Below, in pieces: positions 52,089 through 60,534 of a DNA stretch of 64,000 nt (position 1 is the first letter of the stretch; every line of letters begins with the position of its first letter). A program made the translations under genes and the position numbers. The DNA lies in assembly GCA_041750285.1 (NCBI GenBank), contig JBGSZS010000011.1, forward strand, positions 32,001 through 96,000, written 5' to 3'. This stretch comes from Candidatus Fermentibacteraceae bacterium (lineage in GTDB: Bacteria; Fermentibacterota; Fermentibacteria; Fermentibacterales; JCC-6). The notes under the pieces are model-generated. The model was not told the origin of the DNA, did not search any database, and saw only the letters and a list, made by a program, of their open reading frames with translations.

Positions 52089-54173
52089 ATGTTCTGTGCG
52101 TTTCTGCTCTGGGTTTCCGTTTCCGGCTCGTCACTCACCCGCGCCGCCGGTTCGCTCGACAACCTGATCTACATCTGCCCTACCGCCGGTTCGGATTGGC
52201 AAAGTACTGAAACCCCTCTGATCATGGGTTTTGATGACCAGGTGCGGAGTGATCTTTCCATCACCGTGAACGGATCCGTTTCGGGAGCCGTGCCTTTTTC
52301 CGAATACGTCTCCGGGGATGGCAGAAGGCTGGTGCTCACTCCTTTGCATCCCTTCAGCCATGGCGAGGAGGTTCGTGTCCGGGTCGAGTCCCCGTGTTCA
52401 GGCCGTGTGGAGTGGCAGTTCATGGTAAGGCCTGTCGATCCCGTGCGGCCGGCGCCTGTGGAGACGGAGCCCCCGGGGCAGCCCTTCACGCCTGATCCTT
52501 ATCCTCTCAGTCCCGCCGGCAACTCTCCCAACGCCGTAGCACTGCCATCCGATTTCCCGCTTTTCACCTTCAACACGTACGGAACAACGGCCCCAGGCAA
52601 CCTCTTCTTCAGCCCCATGAACCCGATGGGGGGGAACACGAGCACCTACCTGATAATCGCCGGTCCCGGGGGTGACGTTCTGTTCTACAACAACGGTGTC
52701 TCAGGGTATTTCGGCCCCGAGGTCCAGTCCGACGGATGCCTCTACTATGCCTACGGCGGCATCATGACGGACGAAACGTTCTTCACCATGCTCGACATGA
52801 ACTATGTCCCGGTCGATTCATTCATGGTCGTCGGCTACACAACGGACTGCCACGGTATGACAGTTGCCCAGAACGACAATGTCATACTTCTGGGAATGGA
52901 CGAGCGCTACATCGACATGTCGCTGATCGTCCCCGGAGGCAACCCGAACGCCCTGGTCCAGGGGCTGCTCATCCAGGAGCAGGACAGGAACCACATGCCG
53001 GTATTCCAATGGAGCAGCTTCGACCATTTCGAGATCACCGACGCATGTTCCTACGTGAACCTCACCGGCCCGGTGGTGGACTATGTGCACTGCAACTCCG
53101 TCGACGAGGACCAGGACGGAGGGATCCTCGTCTCATGCCTCGCCATGACGGAATGCACCAAGATAGACAGGTCCACCGGCGAACTGGTCTGGCGTTTCGG
53201 AGGGTACCTCTCGGAAAACCCCAGCTTCACGATCCTCAACGACCCCCTGGGCGGATTCAGCTCCCAGCATGATTTCCGCCATGTGGAAGGCAGCCTCTAC
53301 TCGGTGTTCGACAACGGAACCCACCACAGCCCTCAGATATCCAGGGGCAGCATCTACGAGATCGACACCCAGAACCTCACTGCCGACCTCGTATTCAACT
53401 TTCAGGTTACAGGGCTCTACGGTTCCCACATGGGATCGACCCAGGTGCTGCCGAACGGCAACGTACTGGTGGGCTGGGGTGATGTGACGGGCTACCAGGT
53501 CAGGCCCGACATGACCGAGGTCTCGCCTGCGGGAACACAGGTCTTTCGCGGCCGCATGAACCAGCTGGTCCTTGAGAGCTACCGCGCCTACCGGTTCGAC
53601 TGGGAGGGCCAGGCACTGGTGCCGTACCTGGTCGCCCTGGTCCTTCCCGCACAGAACTGCGTTCAGCTGACCTTCAACGTATTCGGCGACGACGAATACT
53701 CATCCTACGACATCTACCAGGGAATCACCCCGGGAAACCTCTCGTTCCTGCTTAACACACAGAACAGACAGATCAACGTATGGGAGCTGCCGGTCGGAAT
53801 GAACTACTTCGCCGTTAAGGCAAGGGACATGCAGGGAGTTCCGACCGGGTTCTCGAACATCGATTCCGCCATGGTTACCTGGACGGGTCTTGAAGGCCGC
53901 TTCGCGGCTGAAGTGCAGCAGTCCCTCAGTGTCTCTGCCTATCCCAATCCCGCCTCTTCCAGCGTGACGGTGGTCTGGCCCGGGATCTCCGCGGGATCGG
54001 TGATCGAGATCTTCGACACAAGCGGACGGGTTGTCGCGAGAAGCAGCCATGATGAGGCATCGGGAGCCTGTTCCGGCGTCATGTCCGTCGAGGACCTTCC
54101 CAACGGGCTCTATACGATACGGGTAAGGACGGCGGAGCTTGCGGGATCGACCCGGGTGACGGTGATCCGCTAG
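52089..54173 (+). CDS. Secreted aryl-sulfate sulfotransferase-like protein with Ig-like N-domain and T9SS-type C-terminal domain
   Basis: DYVHCNSV, W.FGG, QHDFR, FDNG and GSTQVLPNGNVLVGWG motifs; tail YPNP...IFDTSGR...GLYTIRV...RVTVIR. Confidence 0.85.
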   Translation: MFCAFLLWVSVSGSSLTRAAGSLDNLIYICPTAGSDWQSTETPLIMGFDDQVRSDLSITVNGSVSGAVPFSEYVSGDGRRLVLTPLHPFSHGEEVRVRVESPCSGRVEWQFMVRPVDPVRPAPVETEPPGQPFTPDPYPLSPAGNSPNAVALPSDFPLFTFNTYGTTAPGNLFFSPMNPMGGNTSTYLIIAGPGGDVLFYNNGVSGYFGPEVQSDGCLYYAYGGIMTDETFFTMLDMNYVPVDSFMVVGYTTDCHGMTVAQNDNVILLGMDERYIDMSLIVPGGNPNALVQGLLIQEQDRNHMPVFQWSSFDHFEITDACSYVNLTGPVVDYVHCNSVDEDQDGGILVSCLAMTECTKIDRSTGELVWRFGGYLSENPSFTILNDPLGGFSSQHDFRHVEGSLYSVFDNGTHHSPQISRGSIYEIDTQNLTADLVFNFQVTGLYGSHMGSTQVLPNGNVLVGWGDVTGYQVRPDMTEVSPAGTQVFRGRMNQLVLESYRAYRFDWEGQALVPYLVALVLPAQNCVQLTFNVFGDDEYSSYDIYQGITPGNLSFLLNTQNRQINVWELPVGMNYFAVKARDMQGVPTGFSNIDSAMVTWTGLEGRFAAEVQQSLSVSAYPNPASSSVTVVWPGISAGSVIEIFDTSGRVVARSSHDEASGACSGVMSVEDLPNGLYTIRVRTAELAGSTRVTVIR

Positions 54174-54631
54174 ATACCCAGCCCGACCCCGAGCGAGACC
54201 ACCCAGTCATGGTCTTCGTCGGAACCGCTGACATGTCTGTAGACACCGGCTGTACCCATGAGAAGGTTTGCGCCGAACCTGGCCTCTCCACCGATATAGG
54301 TCTGATCCCTGGGAAGGCTTCCCCAGGTATCGCCCCATGTGTGCATAACCGCAGCCGTCAGGTCGGTGTAGAAGATGTCGATGAATGCCATTGCAAATGC
54401 GAACCGGGCACCAAGATGGGCCTTGCCCGCGCCAAGACCGGGTTCGAGCCTGGCAAGGATGCCCGCCTTCGGTCCCCACAGTGAACCCATCTCGATGGAG
54501 GCCAGACCGATCGAAGCGTTGAAACGTTGTGGTGACGTGACCTGAAGGCTTACGGTGGGTGTGAAGGGCAGACCGGTACGGGCTGAGGCGGCAGAGACCA
54601 GAACCAGCAGCAGAAGCGGGGCAGACCTCAT
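54170..54631 (-). CDS. Hypothetical exported protein, probable small beta-barrel
   Basis: Signal peptide ending ASA; amphipathic strands; ends VVSLGVGLGI. Confidence 0.65.
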   Translation of the reverse strand: MRSAPLLLLVLVSAASARTGLPFTPTVSLQVTSPQRFNASIGLASIEMGSLWGPKAGILARLEPGLGAGKAHLGARFAFAMAFIDIFYTDLTAAVMHTWGDTWGSLPRDQTYIGGEARFGANLLMGTAGVYRHVSGSDEDHDWVVSLGVGLGI

Positions 54632-54645
54632 TCCGAAGCTCCTAT

Positions 54646-55479
54646 TCAGGTGAGGGCTTTAATGCAGCCTATGTTCCTGGCCTGAAGCTTGCCGGGCTCG
54701 GTGCCCTCGCTGATCTGGAACTCGAAGACCAGGTTTCTGTCGGGCAGCCTGAAGTAGTCAACGTTGTCAGGCAGGTTCGAATCGTGAAAGAATATGTTGG
54801 CATACGGTGAGAGGGGATCGCGGTTGTCGATGCGCCACAGCTCGTCGTTGCTCTTAACCATGTACCTGAAGAACCCGAAGCCCTTGTCGTGACTGACGCA
54901 CATTCCCCTCACCCACGAGTTTATCTCCCCCCAGACACCCGGGGTCTCCAGGGCCTTGAAGGGGAGAAGATTGGGTATGAGGTAGCCCGATACGAACATG
55001 TCTGCTTCGCGGCGCAGCTCCAGGGCTATGTTGTCGAACGCCATCACCTCGACCCGGCAGCCCCTGCCCTGCAGGGCGTGAACCACCCTTACGAAGTCGC
55101 CGTCTCCGCTTGCAAGAAGGACCCTGTCAAGGCGTTCGGACTGCAGCAGGGCATCAACGCCCATCTCGAGGTCAACGTTGGACTTGGCGTACCTGCTGCC
55201 CGAATCGTCGCTGTACCACTTGACCGTTTTCAGTATCACCTTGTAGCCGATGTCGCGAAGCGCGGTATGAAAGCGGTTCTGCCCTTCCTTGTATTCCCTG
55301 TCCGTTCGTGCCCTTGCGTCGTCAAAACTAACATAGGCGTTGAGCCTCACCGGGTAGCCGCCACCCCTGCAGGCGAACTGGCGCAGGACCTCGTAGCGCA
55401 TCCCGAAACCGCCGTTCATGGTGAGATTGCTCACGTCGACATAAACACCAACCTTGTTTCCGTGACCCTGCGAAGACAT
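54646..55479 (-). CDS. NYN (LabA/PIN-like) domain protein with C-terminal cold-shock-like OB fold
   Basis: VYVDVSNL, KSNVD, SGDGDF and AD.F motifs; KGFGF and IFFH RNP-like motifs; ATG at 55479 after GGAGG. Confidence 0.88.
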   Translation of the reverse strand: MSSQGHGNKVGVYVDVSNLTMNGGFGMRYEVLRQFACRGGGYPVRLNAYVSFDDARARTDREYKEGQNRFHTALRDIGYKVILKTVKWYSDDSGSRYAKSNVDLEMGVDALLQSERLDRVLLASGDGDFVRVVHALQGRGCRVEVMAFDNIALELRREADMFVSGYLIPNLLPFKALETPGVWGEINSWVRGMCVSHDKGFGFFRYMVKSNDELWRIDNRDPLSPYANIFFHDSNLPDNVDYFRLPDRNLVFEFQISEGTEPGKLQARNIGCIKALT

Positions 55480-55516
55480 TATTTCCTCCATGAGAGAACG
55501 CTGGAAAGGGTAATCA

Positions 55517-56107
55517 ATGAATACGATTATACCTTCGGAAGCTTTTACCGACCAACCCGTTCCCCTGATCCCGTGGCTCAGGGGTCTGGGGGTGTCCACG
55601 AAGAACATCACGGAGGATGACTGCCGGAAGGCAGCCCTGCCCCCTGATCCCGCCGGATGTGAAAGGCTTCTCAAGGTCTCGGCCCTTGTGGTGCATCATT
55701 CCGCCACAGAAAGCGGGGGAGCGGCAGCCTTTCGCGTTCTCCACCGCCTGGTGAAGGGTTGGAGGGATGTTGGCTACCACTTCGTCATAGGCAACGGCAC
55801 ACACTCGCCCGACGGATGTCTGGAGAGGGGAAGACCCGAGTACTGCAGGGGAGCCCACGCAAAGGGGGCAAACGAATTCTCACTGGGTATCTGCCTTGTT
55901 GGCGACTTCATGACGGGCAGGCCAACCCCTGCGCAGATGGGCACACTTGGAACCGTGCTTCGTGAACTAATGGCCTCGCAAGGCCTGGAGAAGGGTTCCG
56001 TGCTGCTCCACAGACAGGTCAGGGGCAGCTCCACCGAATGCCCGGGCAAGAACCTCACCCTCGCCATGGTGCATGAAGCAATTGACGGACAGAAAGATAG
56101 CACGTAA
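55517..56107 (+). CDS. N-acetylmuramoyl-L-alanine amidase (Amidase_2/PGRP family)
   Basis: VVHHSA, GWRDVGYHFVI, GAHA, SLGICLVGDF and H.....TECPG motifs. Confidence 0.92.
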   Translation: MNTIIPSEAFTDQPVPLIPWLRGLGVSTKNITEDDCRKAALPPDPAGCERLLKVSALVVHHSATESGGAAAFRVLHRLVKGWRDVGYHFVIGNGTHSPDGCLERGRPEYCRGAHAKGANEFSLGICLVGDFMTGRPTPAQMGTLGTVLRELMASQGLEKGSVLLHRQVRGSSTECPGKNLTLAMVHEAIDGQKDST

Positions 56108-56119
56108 CCTGCCCGGGTG

Positions 56120-56148
56120 TTGCACAAAATCCCCGTCTTTGCTATATA
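56120..56148 (+). promoter_or_regulatory. Putative promoter of secG-tRNA-Leu
   Basis: TTGCAC-17 nt-TATATA with an extended TG. Confidence 0.5.
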
Positions 56149-56174
56149 CCCGCGTCACCGGAAGGAACGAAAGA

Positions 56175-56399
56175 ATGACTTTTGTACTCACCATACTTCA
56201 TGTTGTCGTGAGCATCCTGCTTGTCGGGGTGGTTCTGCTTCAGAAATCCAAGGGCGACGGCCTCTCCGGCGCGTTCGGGGGTGGCGGCGCACTCACGGCC
56301 AGCTTCGGAAACACCGGAGCCGTGAGTTTCCTCAGCAGGGCAACCACTGTGCTTGCGGTGCTTTTCATGATCTTTTCATTTCTGCTGGCCATCGTCTGA
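56175..56399 (+). CDS. secG: Preprotein translocase subunit SecG
   Basis: VLLQKSKGDGLSGAFGGG...FLSRATTVLA; two TM helices; followed by tRNA-Leu. Confidence 0.95.
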   Translation: MTFVLTILHVVVSILLVGVVLLQKSKGDGLSGAFGGGGALTASFGNTGAVSFLSRATTVLAVLFMIFSFLLAIV

Positions 56400-56406
56400 T
56401 GAGTGT

Positions 56407-56494
56407 GCCGGGGTGGTGGAATTGGCAGACACGCTAGGCTAAGGACCTAGTGGGCGAATAGCCTGTGCGGGTTCAAGTCCCGCCCCCGGTACCA
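56407..56494 (+). tRNA. tRNA-Leu with AAG anticodon
   Basis: Class II cloverleaf with long variable arm, acceptor GCCGGGG/CCCCGGT, discriminator A, CCA; anticodon arm CTAGG-CTAAGGA-CCTAG gives U33, AAG, G37. Confidence 0.93.
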
Positions 56495-56496
56495 GA

Positions 56497-56530
56497 CAAG
56501 GAAAACCCCGCTCCGGCGGGGTTTTCCTTG
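56497..56530 (+). terminator. Terminator hairpin after tRNA-Leu
   Basis: CAAGGAAAACCCCGC-TCCG-GCGGGGTTTTCCTTG perfect inverted repeat. Confidence 0.8.
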
Positions 56531-56534
56531 TGGC

Positions 56535-56569
56535 AAAAAAGGAGAGCCGGCTTTTTGGGCCGGCTCTCT
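56535..56569 (-). terminator. Rho-independent terminator of the convergent gene
   Basis: Minus strand GAGAGCCGGC...GCCGGCTCTCC followed by TTTTTT. Confidence 0.8.
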
Positions 56570-56586
56570 CCATGGGTCTTACAAGG

Positions 56587-57252
56587 TTACCAGGAGGCCT
56601 TGATCTGGCCCCAGGTTGTCTCGGTGAGGGAGAAGGAGGGCTGGAGAACGATGTCGTCCCAGAAGATGGGGGTGCCGTTGTTACCGAAGATGTCGAGTGC
56701 GCCGAGGGTGAGGGTGGCGGACTCGCTCCAGAAGAACGTGTCGAACATGACATCGTTGTAGTAAACCCACTGGTTGTTGGCGTCGAGGTCGAAAACGACT
56801 TCCACGGGAACCCACTGGTCGTAGATGATGGTGGCGGTGCCCGTGCCCTCTTCAGTGGCTACCTGACCGGTGCTGTTGTTGAACTTGATGTCGGTGCACC
56901 ATTCATTTGTTCCGCTGGGGATGTAGATGCTGAGAAGGATGAAGTACTGGGTGCCGGTGGAACCCGACGGAATGTAGCAGCTCGCGGACATGGACCAGAC
57001 GCCGGCATTTACGCCGGTGAACTGCTGAACGATGTCGGTGGTCTGGATGGCGGAAAAGGAGTTGGGCGCGCTCTGGGCCTGGGCGGTGCTTACGAGGCCG
57101 TCGGCACCGGGGTTGCCGTCCCAGCCTTCCCATCCGCCCTGACCGATTATTCCGCCGCCGGCTGCATAGGAATCGAAGTTGTCGGACCAGTCAGCGAAGG
57201 CGGCGCCTGTCGCAAGAAGCATGCAGATCGATAACGTGTGGATGAGTTTCAT
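56587..57252 (-). CDS. Secreted acidic beta-sandwich (lectin/jelly-roll-like) protein with C-terminal TWxxIK tail
   Basis: GGAGG RBS, signal peptide ending AAFA, DNFDSY...GWEGW, W..VEVVFDLD and FWDDI segments; ends SLTETTWGQIKASW. Confidence 0.85.
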   Translation of the reverse strand: MKLIHTLSICMLLATGAAFADWSDNFDSYAAGGGIIGQGGWEGWDGNPGADGLVSTAQAQSAPNSFSAIQTTDIVQQFTGVNAGVWSMSASCYIPSGSTGTQYFILLSIYIPSGTNEWCTDIKFNNSTGQVATEEGTGTATIIYDQWVPVEVVFDLDANNQWVYYNDVMFDTFFWSESATLTLGALDIFGNNGTPIFWDDIVLQPSFSLTETTWGQIKASW

Positions 57253-57348
57253 TCTTTCCCCTCCATTTCGGACAAAAACGGGGCATGATGACAAGCATTT
57301 TTCCCAAGCCCCCAACTGTTTGCTTTATTGCATAAAAGAACTGCGCTG

Positions 57349-60300
57349 TCAAGGAACCGTGCCGGCCCAGGATTCGGGGCGTGGAACGTCGAAACCGAGC
57401 CTTTCCAGCTCATCGAGCAATCTGCAGTAATCCTCGAGCATCTCCTTCCTTATGGAATGCTCATCCACATGGCGTCTGAGCTCTTCGCACACGAGCAGGG
57501 CCTCATCGGTGGCCCCGCTGTCCAGCAATACGAGACCAAGAACTCCATTGGCATAGGCCGTGTTCAGGACATCACCTGCAAGCTCGTTCACCTTCAGCGA
57601 TTCCCTGGCGCTAGCGCAGGCGCCTTCGCGGTCGCCCGAAAGCCATTGGATCCTTGCCCTGTTGACCAGTGAAGTGGCAGTGGTGCGGTAATTCCTTGAG
57701 CTCCTGGCCAGCTCGAGCGAGTCGTTTGTGTACTCCATGGCGCCGCCGATGTCGCCGAGTTTGGTGGCCAGAAGTCCCAGATTTCCGAGAACGGTGCACT
57801 CGTGCACCCTGTCGCCCGTCTTTCTTGCTGCGTCTAGCGCTTCGAGGAAAAGCTCACCCGCCCGGTCGAACTTCCCCTTCCTGGCGCATGCGATGGCAAG
57901 GCTGTTAAGGGAGTAGCCCAGTCCCTGAAGGTTGCCGTGCCTTGCGTGTGTCTGAACAGCCAGCTCTGCGTAGCTCTCCGACAGCCGGTCATCTCCCTGC
58001 CTGAAGGCGTGGACCGCCATGTTGGAAAGCAGCGAGGCGGCTTCGGAGCCCAGACCATGTTTTTCAAGCGTTTCCGCAGCCTCGCGGTACAGGGCCATGG
58101 CGCTGTCTGAAAGACCAACGCTGCTGCGGTGGTTTGCGAGGGTCATCTTTGTCTTCGCGGCGATGATCTCATCCCCCGAATCAACCGCCGCATTCAGCGC
58201 ATCCTGGATGGTCCGCTCGAACTCGGCGTTCCTGCCGAGTTCCTGCAGGACCTTCGCTTTTGCGCGAAGAGAAGTCGCAAGCCAGAGGGGGCTCTTTCTG
58301 AGCCCTGCTTCAGCCAGCATCCTGTCCACTATCCCCAGTGCCTCTTCGTGGGCACCCCTCCGTTCAACCATCTCCTGGCGCACGAGAAGTGCCTGCATCG
58401 AAGCCTGCCACATCCCGTCGTCAATTGCGTCTCCCGTAAGCTCCAGTATCCTCTCCGAAAGACCGTTCGCCTCTTCGGGCCTGCCACCGTCCCTGGCGAT
58501 CCTCATTGCCCTCAGGGCCCACTTCAGTGCGTTTTCGGTATCACATGCAGAGTCCCAGTGCGAAAAGATGACAGGGGAAAGGGCATCGGTCTCGGTTGGG
58601 TAAATCCTCTCCAAAGCCAGGGCCGCTGTCCGGTGGAGAACCCTGGCGTTCTGCTTGAGAAGGGTTTCGTACGCTGCCATTCCAACAAGGGCATGACGGA
58701 ATCCAAGCTCCATGGGACCCAGTTCGGAAAGGAAACCCTTTTCGACAAGCCCGGCCATGGTTTGTCCGAGACGTTCCGCATTCAGGGACAGATCCTTGAG
58801 AACGGTCTCGAGAAGCTCGCGGGAGAACCTCTCACCCAGGACCGAGGCATACTGAAGAATCCTGCGCTCCTCTCCCGGCAAACGGTCCATCCTTGCCTGG
58901 GTGAGGACGCTGATGGAGGAGGGGATCCGAACCCTGTCACAGGGAACGGTCTGTTCCCATGTTCCGGGCTCGACCTCCCTCAGCCCTCCGGATTCTATGA
59001 GGCTCAGAACGAGCTCTTCCACGACGAACGGGTTTCCCCGTGCCACCCTGCGGATCAGCTCAGCGAGTTCGGGCTGCAACTGCTTCCAGGGTGGAAGCGA
59101 GAGGATGTGGGACGCGATCCCGATCGTGTCATCGTCGGACAGGGGCGCGAGTTCGATCCTCTCCGGAGCGAAGAGCGGGAAACCGAGGTCGGGGACCGGC
59201 GGCCGGGAAGTCATGATGATCCCGGAGGGCAGAACCATCATTCCCTGGGACAGTACTCCCCTGAGAACGGAAAGGGAGACCTCGTCCGCCCAATGAAGGT
59301 CCTCCAGGAGAAGAAGGGTGTCACCCATCGAGAAAACGGCCTCGAGAGCTGGTCTGATTGCGTTCATGACGGACTGGGAATTCGCCGCCGCACCACCCTT
59401 CAGCCCCACGGCGTCAAGGCTCAGTATCTCTGCGATGCTTTCCGCAAGGTTGTCAAGCGCCGCTCTGGTTCGTGCCACCGGACACTTTGCGGAAAGGGTC
59501 CTGATCGCCGATGCATACCATTCCCTCGAACCGCCGCTGTTCTCGTCGGCATCGAAAAAATCCCTGAGAAGGCTTATCCAGAGCCAGCACGAAGGCTGGG
59601 CATGGGAAAGCGCCTTGCCGTGAAGCACACGGAATCCGGTACGATCACTCACGCAGTGGTGAGCCAGCCGGGACTTCCCGATCCCGGCATCGGCGCAGAT
59701 CAAAAAGACCGCTGGTTCAGAGCCCTCCTGCGAGGATTCATGAATGGCGTTCACTATCCGGTCCGTGATCTCCCTTCGGCCAACGAAAGGTGAACCGGTG
59801 AGCCTGGCGGCCCTCTGCCACCTCTCCATCCTGAGCCTGCCCGGCCCCAGCGGCCTGAAGGAGTCTATCTCGGAACCGGTACCCCGGACCGTCATTGAAC
59901 CGAGATCCCGCCAGGAGTAAAGGTCGCCACACTCTCTCCGCACTGCTCCGCTGACGAGCGTTGAGCCTGTCATGGCGGCTTCCTCGAGCCTCGAGGCTAT
60001 GTTCACCGTAAGGCCCGTCGCGGTGATGTGGCCCGAAGGGTCGGGAGCCACGGTCAAGGGTCCGAAGTCGATCCCCACCCTTGCCGAGACGGCTGCGGCA
60101 CCGCCCAGGGCCCCGCGTATGTCCTCGAGCAGCTCAAGCATTCGCAGAGCACAGCCGACAGCCCTTACGCTGTCGTTCTCGGTGGCGGCCACCGCGCCGA
60201 AGAGGGCCATCAGCCTGTCACCCTCGAACTTGTCAACATAGCCTCCGTACAGGGTGACCACCGTGGAGAGCAGGCCCATGATCCTGCCAAGAAGCAGGTG

Positions 60301-60468
60301 AAGCTCCTCGTGATCCATTGATTCCGACAGAAGCGTGAAACCCGTGAGGTCAAGGAAAAGAACGGCCGCCCTCCGCCGTTCACCTTCGGTCAGTTTCGCC
60401 GTGCCGCCGCACGAAAGCGCTCCGGCTCCGGCGATCCTTTCCATGGCGTCATCAAGGACCATCGACAT
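57349..60468 (-). CDS. Class III adenylate/guanylate cyclase-AAA ATPase (STAND)-TPR protein
   Basis: LFLDLTGFT, DKFEGD, VNIASRLE, FVGR, AGIGKSRL, LLEDLHWAD, GNPF and F.H motifs; C-terminal TPRs. Confidence 0.92.
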   Translation of the reverse strand: MSMVLDDAMERIAGAGALSCGGTAKLTEGERRRAAVLFLDLTGFTLLSESMDHEELHLLLGRIMGLLSTVVTLYGGYVDKFEGDRLMALFGAVAATENDSVRAVGCALRMLELLEDIRGALGGAAAVSARVGIDFGPLTVAPDPSGHITATGLTVNIASRLEEAAMTGSTLVSGAVRRECGDLYSWRDLGSMTVRGTGSEIDSFRPLGPGRLRMERWQRAARLTGSPFVGRREITDRIVNAIHESSQEGSEPAVFLICADAGIGKSRLAHHCVSDRTGFRVLHGKALSHAQPSCWLWISLLRDFFDADENSGGSREWYASAIRTLSAKCPVARTRAALDNLAESIAEILSLDAVGLKGGAAANSQSVMNAIRPALEAVFSMGDTLLLLEDLHWADEVSLSVLRGVLSQGMMVLPSGIIMTSRPPVPDLGFPLFAPERIELAPLSDDDTIGIASHILSLPPWKQLQPELAELIRRVARGNPFVVEELVLSLIESGGLREVEPGTWEQTVPCDRVRIPSSISVLTQARMDRLPGEERRILQYASVLGERFSRELLETVLKDLSLNAERLGQTMAGLVEKGFLSELGPMELGFRHALVGMAAYETLLKQNARVLHRTAALALERIYPTETDALSPVIFSHWDSACDTENALKWALRAMRIARDGGRPEEANGLSERILELTGDAIDDGMWQASMQALLVRQEMVERRGAHEEALGIVDRMLAEAGLRKSPLWLATSLRAKAKVLQELGRNAEFERTIQDALNAAVDSGDEIIAAKTKMTLANHRSSVGLSDSAMALYREAAETLEKHGLGSEAASLLSNMAVHAFRQGDDRLSESYAELAVQTHARHGNLQGLGYSLNSLAIACARKGKFDRAGELFLEALDAARKTGDRVHECTVLGNLGLLATKLGDIGGAMEYTNDSLELARSSRNYRTTATSLVNRARIQWLSGDREGACASARESLKVNELAGDVLNTAYANGVLGLVLLDSGATDEALLVCEELRRHVDEHSIRKEMLEDYCRLLDELERLGFDVPRPESWAGTVP

Positions 60469-60534
60469 GTTTTCAAGTGTCAGCCGCTTGTCCAGCTCAC
60501 CCTCCGTTCGGGCTGCGTGCCATTATTGCCACAG

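Noticed and set aside
56434..56450. Reading the tRNA-Leu anticodon as TAA
   Set aside because: That register breaks the 5-bp stem and places C at position 33; the canonical 7-nt loop gives AAG
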